This document shows, one piece after another, positions 52,406 to 58,706 of a stretch of 58,706 bases of DNA (position 1 is its first letter; each line of letters begins with the position of its first letter). The stretch covers positions 1 to 58,706 of the forward strand of contig CBDCYW010000025.1 in assembly GCA_965224245.1 (NCBI GenBank), read 5' to 3'. The stretch comes from Candidatus Eiseniibacteriota bacterium (GTDB taxonomy: Bacteria > Eisenbacteria > RBG-16-71-46 > CAZAMP01). Below the pieces are notes generated by a model. It was given only the letters and a program-made list of their open reading frames with translations. It had not been told where the DNA came from and made no database searches. A program made the position numbers and the translations under genes.

Positions 52406-53239
52406 ATGGCCGCATCCGACTGGCTTGCCGATGACGAGGGGAACCTCACGCCCGAGGCGGCGCGAGCTGTCGAGCGACTGGGCGCCCGTGCGATTGATCA
52501 GCCGCCGCCGGTGGCCCAGGGTTGGCGTCCGTCTCCCCGGACGATTCTTCTCACTCTTGTCGGGTTCACGGCTTTGAATCTGTTGATCGCGCTCGTTCCG
52601 AACGAGCGCGAACGCGAGACCCATAGCATCTTACCGGTCACTACCCCAGAGCCGCCCGCGCGGCCGACTACGTCACGTGCGTCTTCCCGACCGGAGCCAG
52701 GGCTGGCGGCCTCCGAATCGCACCGTCGCACTCCCCCCTCCCCTGCTCTCCCTCAACGATCACGAAGCGCCCTCACTTCGGCAGAACGACCAACCACTCA
52801 CGCATCGACAGCACAAAACGGTGTCGTGACTGCGTCCATGCCCGGGCGGGCGGGTGAGATCTTCGGAAGTCTTGTCCGGCTGCGCACACGACCCAGTCTG
52901 CGCGCGCGGATCCAGCAGACGCTTGCTCCCCGGACCACAGTCCGAGTCCTGGATCAACAAGATGGGTGGTGCAAGCTGCAGCTCCCTGGAGGGCGAACTG
53001 GCTGGACCTTCGGAGCGTATGTGCGTGGGCCGGGCCACTTCGGTCTCGGGCCTGCAGTCCTCACAAAGACGCTCGTCGCGAGCACGACTCGGCTGACATC
53101 AGGAACCAAGGTGCTCGTAGAGCGCCGAGCCGGTCCGGGCAAGGTCCAACTGCGGCTACCGGACGGGACACGGCTAATCGCACCGGACAACAGTCTTCGC
53201 CTCGTGGACGGCGACGGGAACGGATATGGGCACCAATAG
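52406..53239 (+). CDS. Single-pass membrane protein with Pro-rich linker and bacterial SH3 domain
   Basis: One TM segment; VRLRTRPS...VRVLDQQDGWCKL...GRTGW..GAYV. Confidence 0.8.
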   Translation: MAASDWLADDEGNLTPEAARAVERLGARAIDQPPPVAQGWRPSPRTILLTLVGFTALNLLIALVPNERERETHSILPVTTPEPPARPTTSRASSRPEPGLAASESHRRTPPSPALPQRSRSALTSAERPTTHASTAQNGVVTASMPGRAGEIFGSLVRLRTRPSLRARIQQTLAPRTTVRVLDQQDGWCKLQLPGGRTGWTFGAYVRGPGHFGLGPAVLTKTLVASTTRLTSGTKVLVERRAGPGKVQLRLPDGTRLIAPDNSLRLVDGDGNGYGHQ

Positions 53240-53939
53240 GACCGCCATCGGCCTACTCATCCTCGCCATGACCGCGCTGGCGCCGTGCGCATTGGTTCGT
53301 GAGCCCTCCCCGCAACCGCAGCTAGTGACGACCGCTACACGCTCCTACACGACTCCGTGGGTTGGGCTACCTGTCAGTCTTCCACCACTGACGCCGCCGA
53401 TACCGAATGCGACTGTTCCAACGGACCCGCAAGCGCTGCCAGGCGCGTTGCGCGAGTACCGTGGGGGTGTTCATGAGGGCGTTGACTTCCGTTGCGCTCC
53501 AGGCACACCCGTTCGCGCTGCGCTCGCTGGGTGGGTGCTGAGCGTCGAGGACCGACAAGACCTACCCCTTGAGATTCGGCGCGAGCTCCTCGAGCAGTGC
53601 TCGGCGCTGGGTCGAACGCCACAGCTGGTCCTCGACATACTCCACGGAAGGCGACTCGTGCTCTACCACGGCATGTTCGATGGAAACCTCCTCACGACCA
53701 GCTACTCCCACGCGGCGGAGATCCGCACCGATCTCGTCCCGGGTGCCTGGGTCGAACCCGGCGAGATCATTGCGTGGACCGGGGCATCAGGCACGAGTCA
53801 CGCCTACAAGGCCGACCATTGGTCCGAACTACACTTCGAACTCCGCATCAACGGTCTACCGGTAGGCCTCGGTCTGTCCAGCAACGAAGCCGGCGCGCTA
53901 TATCGATCCGCGCTCACAGATGAGGTGGTCGGGCAATGA
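53226..53939 (+). CDS. M23 family peptidase (exported)
   Basis: HEGVDF, GTPVRA, YSH, G.SG, ELHFE (first His of HxH replaced). Confidence 0.85.
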   Translation: MGTNRTAIGLLILAMTALAPCALVREPSPQPQLVTTATRSYTTPWVGLPVSLPPLTPPIPNATVPTDPQALPGALREYRGGVHEGVDFRCAPGTPVRAALAGWVLSVEDRQDLPLEIRRELLEQCSALGRTPQLVLDILHGRRLVLYHGMFDGNLLTTSYSHAAEIRTDLVPGAWVEPGEIIAWTGASGTSHAYKADHWSELHFELRINGLPVGLGLSSNEAGALYRSALTDEVVGQ

Positions 53940-54008
53940 TTGGGTTGTCTTCTGGACCTACGAATTCCAGCGCAAGAGCCCGCCGCAACGCAACCACCGG
54001 CGGTCACG

Positions 54009-54185
54009 ATGTCTGATCTGATCCCTCCCTTCATCGTCCTGTCGGCGATTCTCGTGATGGCGCTCCGACTGGGAAACCAACACCTCTCAATCCCAAGCCG
54101 TGCGTGGAGAAGGCCCGCCATCGCCCTGACCCGTCTTCTCGCGGCCGGCCTCGGCCGCATCTTCTCTCGGCCACGCAGGTACTAG
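54009..54185 (+). CDS. Small membrane protein
   Basis: Hydrophobic LIPPFIVLSAILVMAL; fills the operon gap. Confidence 0.4.
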   Translation: MSDLIPPFIVLSAILVMALRLGNQHLSIPSRAWRRPAIALTRLLAAGLGRIFSRPRRY

Positions 54186-54204
54186 TGAGGAGGGGGCTCC
54201 GGAC

Positions 54205-54732
54205 ATGGCTTACGTAGTACCTCCTCGCAGCCGCGTCATCGATAGCTGGAGTACGACTGTCCGCTTCGCAGGTGATCGCGCGGATCAATTCACATCCGAC
54301 CTGTACGGTGATCTTGAAGACGCCGGCGTTCGCTACTTTCGACTCCAAGTGCGCCTGACCCGCGCCGGCGGGCTTCTGAGTGCCGTGCGGCGCGAGCACA
54401 TGGTTGTGACGCTCCCGGAGTTTCCGAGGCTCTACCAGCTGGTTTCGGTCCGCCCGATCGGGCGGCACCTCAACGTGTACCGGATCACCGCAGATAAGAC
54501 GAGTCGAACCGATGACCTCCTGGCGCGTCTCGCCGGAACGCTTCGCCGCAGCCGTCCGTTGACGCCTTACGAGTTTCTTCGCGAGCAGGATGTCCGAGCG
54601 TGGGTCTCGGTCGTCCATGGCACGATCGTCGCGCGACTCGCGCCCCTCCTCGAGGAACTGGGCGAGGACGCCACGTATCTCACCCGCGTCCGGGCTGTGC
54701 GGTTTGAACCGGTCGACGTGCGAGCAGAGTGA
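54205..54732 (+). CDS. Hypothetical protein
   Basis: GAGGAGG RBS; co-oriented within the operon. Confidence 0.65.
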   Translation: MAYVVPPRSRVIDSWSTTVRFAGDRADQFTSDLYGDLEDAGVRYFRLQVRLTRAGGLLSAVRREHMVVTLPEFPRLYQLVSVRPIGRHLNVYRITADKTSRTDDLLARLAGTLRRSRPLTPYEFLREQDVRAWVSVVHGTIVARLAPLLEELGEDATYLTRVRAVRFEPVDVRAE

Positions 54733-54753
54733 GCCAACGATGATGAGGGACCA

Positions 54754-56361
54754 ATGGCAGATGGCATGAGCTGGGTCATACTGCTGGCCCTCGCCCCCCT
54801 ACTTTGGAGAGTCACTGACTGGTTGCGTGAGCGGCGCTACCTCGTACACCGAGGCCGGCATCTGCAACTCAGTCGCCATCGGCGCCGTTTCGAGTCCGTA
54901 ACCCAGGAGATCACGAACCATCTGGGCTACCTTATCCCCTCAGTGATGAGCAGGAACGAACTCGAGGCTCTCGTTCGGGCAGGCATGAGCCCCGAGGCAC
55001 TCCGCGAAGAGCTGGCGCAGCGATGTGGCGAGGCGAATGGAGTAATCCTCGGTGACACGCCAATCGGTCCAACCTCCCTCCCTGTCCATCTTCCGGAAGA
55101 GTTTCGGAAACGACATCTCTACTGCATCGGGAAGTCCGGATACGGCAAAACGACGACGCTGCAGCGTCTCATCGTCCAGGATCTGCATGCAGGGGCCGGG
55201 CTCGGCGTCGTTGCTCCCGAGTACGAGATGGTCGACCAGGAGATTCTCCCCTTCATACCGGAGGACCGGTACGACGACGTGATCGTCGTGAATCCAGCGG
55301 ACCCCCACTGCCCACCGCTCAACCCGCTCCACCTCCACCCTGGCGAAGACCCGGATCGTGCGATCGACGAGACGTACGTTGTCCTCCAACGCGCATTCGG
55401 AGACGAGTCCTCCGCTGCGGCACCTCGAATGCAGACATTGCTTCGGAACGCGCTGTACGCCCTCATGCCTATACCAGGAACGACGCTCTGCGACATTCCA
55501 CGCCTGCTGGATAGAGCAGATGGTTCCTTCCGCGAATGGGTCAGCGAGCGATGCAACGATGAGCAGGCTCGCCATTTCTGGCGATCCTCCTATTCTCGGT
55601 TCCCCCGCGATTCTCATCTATCCCTGATGAACCGTCTGACTCCCCTCCTCCGGCCTGCCGTGGTCAGACGTGTACTTTGCCGGCCGGAGGGATCGCTCAA
55701 CATGCGATCCGCCATGGACCAGGGCAAAGTGGTCCTCTTCTCGTTGAGTGACGGCATCCTTGGCCAGACGAATGCTGAGATTCTCGGACAGCTAGTCGTT
55801 GCTCGCATCCAACTGGCCGCCATGTCCCGCGCGGACCAACCCAAGGAGGATCGCCGCCCGTTCACGCTCTACTGCGACGAGTTCCAGGCGTGGCTCGGCG
55901 TCACGGGCACGAGCTACGAACGCATCCTCTCGCGTGCCCGCAAGTACAACCTGCGACTCGTCCTTGCCCACCAGCAAACAGGTCAGATTGGCCAATCCAT
56001 GTTGCGAGAGATACTGGGAAACGTGTCGACGACCCTGCTGTTCTACCTGTCGGCTTCTGACGCTAGGCGCCTCGGCAAGGAGATGGTCGGCGAGGTCGAC
56101 GGCAGGTCCGAAACGTTGGATCCACAGGAGCTCCTCTCGCTCCGCATCGGAGAAGCATGGTGCAAGATCGGCCGGACGGTGCTGTACGTGCGGACGCGCC
56201 CTCCCCTGGAAGGAGGCTCCCCAGCCAGCCGGCAGGAGGTCCTGCGCCGCTCACGCCAGCTCTACGGCGGCATGCCGAGCGCCCGAGCGGTCGGACCGGA
56301 CCGCACTTCATCCGACGACACAGCGTGGCTCAGTGACGTGAAAACCGGCACGGTGCTCTGA
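54754..56361 (+). CDS. Type IV coupling protein-like ATPase (VirD4/TraD/HerA-like)
   Basis: N-terminal TM, RHLYCIGKSGYGKTT, LYCDEFQ, ARKY.L.L.LAHQ...Q. Confidence 0.88.
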   Translation: MADGMSWVILLALAPLLWRVTDWLRERRYLVHRGRHLQLSRHRRRFESVTQEITNHLGYLIPSVMSRNELEALVRAGMSPEALREELAQRCGEANGVILGDTPIGPTSLPVHLPEEFRKRHLYCIGKSGYGKTTTLQRLIVQDLHAGAGLGVVAPEYEMVDQEILPFIPEDRYDDVIVVNPADPHCPPLNPLHLHPGEDPDRAIDETYVVLQRAFGDESSAAAPRMQTLLRNALYALMPIPGTTLCDIPRLLDRADGSFREWVSERCNDEQARHFWRSSYSRFPRDSHLSLMNRLTPLLRPAVVRRVLCRPEGSLNMRSAMDQGKVVLFSLSDGILGQTNAEILGQLVVARIQLAAMSRADQPKEDRRPFTLYCDEFQAWLGVTGTSYERILSRARKYNLRLVLAHQQTGQIGQSMLREILGNVSTTLLFYLSASDARRLGKEMVGEVDGRSETLDPQELLSLRIGEAWCKIGRTVLYVRTRPPLEGGSPASRQEVLRRSRQLYGGMPSARAVGPDRTSSDDTAWLSDVKTGTVL

Positions 56362-57239
56362 TGCATAGGCTTACCGATCGCGATCATGAGGTGCTTCTCG
56401 CACTCTGGCGATTCCAGTACCTCTCCGTCGCGCAGATTCAGCGGCTTCTCTTCCCGTCGACTCAGACCGTCAACCGGCGACTCCGGATCCTCTCAAGCGA
56501 AGATTACGTGGAGATCTTCTCTGTGCCTGGTCTACCGGACCGGCTCGTGCGGCTCCGCTCCGCAGGTGCGGCGGTCGTCGCCGGAAGCCTCGAGCTTCCA
56601 CTCGCCGCGACCGGGTGGACAAGAGACCGGGGGCGCCCCAAGGACCACTGGTTCGCCCGCCACTTTCTCCGGATCAGCGACTTCCGCATCGCCCTTCTGC
56701 AGGCATGCCGCTGCGCCCCGGTTCGGCTGCTAGGGTTCATCCCCGAGTACGTCGGCCGAAAGCCGCGCAGCGGAGCCTACCGCAAGTACATACAGGACGT
56801 TGTTGCCGACATCGCTCAGCCGGGGAGCAAGATCTCACACACTCCGGATGGGGTGTTCGCGCTGTCGCGTGCCGAGCGAGCGGGGCTGTTCTTCCTCGAG
56901 GTCGATCGTGGAACCGAGGTGATCTCGCATCCGGCGCGGGGCGTTGGAAAGCTGGTCAGGTTCTACCTGAACGCCATCGCCTCGAGAGCCTTCGAACGCT
57001 ATCAAGAGGATTTCGGAGTGACCTTCGAAGGCTTCCGGATCCTGATCGTCACAAGCACGTTGGCTCGGCTCCGCAACATCCAGGATGCTGCCGCGGCGAT
57101 CTCCTTCGAGCCTTCGAATGCCAAATCGTTGATCTGGATCACAACCGTTGAGGCCACAGAGTGCGCCAACGTGCTGACGGACACGATCTGGCGAACCCTG
57201 GACCCCGAAGATCGGGGGGGCTATGCGATCGTTGCCTGA
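56361..57239 (+). CDS. Replication-relaxation (Replic_Relax/MOBC-like) relaxase
   Basis: LTDRD..L..L...L...Q, RRL..L, H.L, PDG.F...FFLEVDRGTE; TGATG coupling to the coupling-protein gene. Confidence 0.88.
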   Translation: MHRLTDRDHEVLLALWRFQYLSVAQIQRLLFPSTQTVNRRLRILSSEDYVEIFSVPGLPDRLVRLRSAGAAVVAGSLELPLAATGWTRDRGRPKDHWFARHFLRISDFRIALLQACRCAPVRLLGFIPEYVGRKPRSGAYRKYIQDVVADIAQPGSKISHTPDGVFALSRAERAGLFFLEVDRGTEVISHPARGVGKLVRFYLNAIASRAFERYQEDFGVTFEGFRILIVTSTLARLRNIQDAAAAISFEPSNAKSLIWITTVEATECANVLTDTIWRTLDPEDRGGYAIVA

Positions 57240-57493
57240 TCAGCGTGTAATCGAGGTGTATTCGCAGGAGCTCGGAACTGCATCTCGGCTGTATTGGCGA
57301 GAGTACACCGGCGGTCCCGTAACTGCTGATGGTGACATGGATTCAGTCTCCTATTCGCGTCCAACTATCGCGTGTTCCGTACTCTCGTTCGTCAGATCTC
57401 GTTGTGACCCACCTGGGGCGCTAGCTCCTGCCGGCCTACGTCAGTGTGGTCGAGCGAGCCCGAACTTGCCCTCTCGACAAGGGAGCTGACACC

Positions 57494-57694
57494 ATGGCCA
57501 TTGAGCTGGATCGGACAAGGATGCTTCTGACGTCTCGCGAGGCCGCCCGGGCCCTGGCGATCTCACCGCGGAAGCTGTGGGAGCTGACGAAGTGCGGTGC
57601 CATCCCCTGCATCCGAATAGGGCGCACCGTTCGATACGATCCTCACGACCTGCGTGACTACATCGCGCGGCAGAAGACGAAACGGAGCGCGTGA
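57494..57694 (+). CDS. Excisionase (HTH_17)
   Basis: LLTSREAARALAISPRKLW...IP.IRIGR.VRY...DL..YI. Confidence 0.88.
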   Translation: MAIELDRTRMLLTSREAARALAISPRKLWELTKCGAIPCIRIGRTVRYDPHDLRDYIARQKTKRSA

Positions 57695-57696
57695 AC

Positions 57697-58706
57697 ATGG
57701 CCACGATCTTCAAGCGCGAAGGGCGGAGCCCCTACTATATCGTCCAGTGGTTCGACCACAGCGGGCGGCGCCGGCAGAAGTCGAGTCGAACCACCGATAG
57801 GCGGGCTGCTCAGCGGCTGGCCGACAAGCTCGAAAGCGAAGCCATGCTTCGCCGCGAAGGCGTCATCGACGTCCAGGCGGAGCGACTCGCGCAACAAGAT
57901 CGGACCCCGATCCTCGATCACGTCGACACATATCTGAACGAGTGCTCGAACCGCCAGGACAACCCGCGTTTCATCGACGACAAGCGCCGCCATCTGACGC
58001 AGGCGATCGACGACGTCGGTGCGTCGCGGCTGTCCGACCTGACCACGGATCGTGTTCGAGCCTCTCTCGCCCGCTACCACAAGACGAAGGTCTCGGCTCG
58101 CAGCGTCAACATTCGGAGGAACACGCTCGTCGCGTTCCTCAACTGGTGCGTCAAGACCGAGCGAGCAACGAAGAACCCGTTGTCCGCCATCCCGCAGCTG
58201 CGCGAGAAGGCCGACCGGCGCCGGCAACGCCGATCCCTCACTGCCGACGAGGTCAAGCGCCTGCTCGCGGTCGCCGAGGAACGAGGCCGCAAGGCCTGGT
58301 ACCTGGCAGCGCTCCTCGCGGGCATGCGCCGCGGGGACCTGATCCAGTTGTGCTGGGGTGATCTCGACTTTGAAGCCGGCACGATCACAATTCGGAACGG
58401 CAAGAGCCAACGGCTCGGGAAACCCGAAGACGTCATCCCGCTACCACCGGCGCTTGCTCAGGAGTTCCTGCGGATCCGCCCCGATCGTGCCGCAGCCACC
58501 GACCGCGTCTTCCCGACCGCGGTAACCCACAACACGCGGCGAAAGGACTTCACCCGGGCCGAGATCCCGCTCGAGGACGAGAACGGCCGTGTCGTCGATC
58601 TACACGCCCTCAGGACGACGCTCGGAACCTGGTTGGCCATTGAGGGCGTCCCGGCGCAGCACGCGCAGCGAATCCTCCGGCACGAGAACCTGAAGACGAC
58701 GATGCA
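57697..58706 (+). CDS. Tyrosine integrase, 3' end outside window
   Basis: Absent from the ORF track. MATIFKREGRSPYYIVQWFD... AGMRRGDL ... DLHALRTT ... LRHENLKTTM. Confidence 0.93.
   Translation, partial: MATIFKREGRSPYYIVQWFDHSGRRRQKSSRTTDRRAAQRLADKLESEAMLRREGVIDVQAERLAQQDRTPILDHVDTYLNECSNRQDNPRFIDDKRRHLTQAIDDVGASRLSDLTTDRVRASLARYHKTKVSARSVNIRRNTLVAFLNWCVKTERATKNPLSAIPQLREKADRRRQRRSLTADEVKRLLAVAEERGRKAWYLAALLAGMRRGDLIQLCWGDLDFEAGTITIRNGKSQRLGKPEDVIPLPPALAQEFLRIRPDRAAATDRVFPTAVTHNTRRKDFTRAEIPLEDENGRVVDLHALRTTLGTWLAIEGVPAQHAQRILRHENLKTTM

Noticed and set aside
57658-58410. 250-aa minus-strand ORF
   Set aside because: Antisense shadow of the integrase.
37041-58706. Prophage or self-transmissible ICE
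   Set aside because: No capsid, tail, terminase-large or VirB4/MPF genes visible in the window.

Overview
High-GC bacterial DNA. A secreted beta-propeller gene with a C-terminal FlgD-Ig domain suggests an FCB-superphylum host such as Eisenbacteria/Krumholzibacteria/Latescibacteria (inference). The first ~8.9 kb looks chromosomal: fabH (partial), hemolysin III family gene, a XylR/V4R sigma54 activator with its -24/-12 promoter, GCS2 ligase, class I glutamine amidotransferase, degenerate pirin, and a B12-binding radical SAM enzyme. The rest is a nested mobile region. (i) A small serine-recombinase island opens at a tRNA-derived att-like junction (~9000), and its recombinase breaks off at ~13740. 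(ii) A large element runs past the window end. It carries a beta-propeller gene split by an IS3 that itself contains a second IS, a phosphorothioation-associated methyltransferase, a complete SspABCD-SspFGH phosphorothioate defence operon, a parA-parB-rep replicon with internal iterons and a DnaA box, and small leading-region-like genes. It also carries a CD-NTase+SLATT (CBASS type I) locus with an RHH regulator, a tyrosine resolvase with a lox-like site, two Replic_Relax (MOBC-like) proteins, a VirD4-like coupling protein, an excisionase and a tyrosine integrase. The most novel-looking item is a 61-aa Gly-terminated peptide + E2 + JAB-E1 fusion module with no ubiquitin-fold protein, at the head of the putative transfer operon. 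All calls come from motif reading by eye; no database searches were run.
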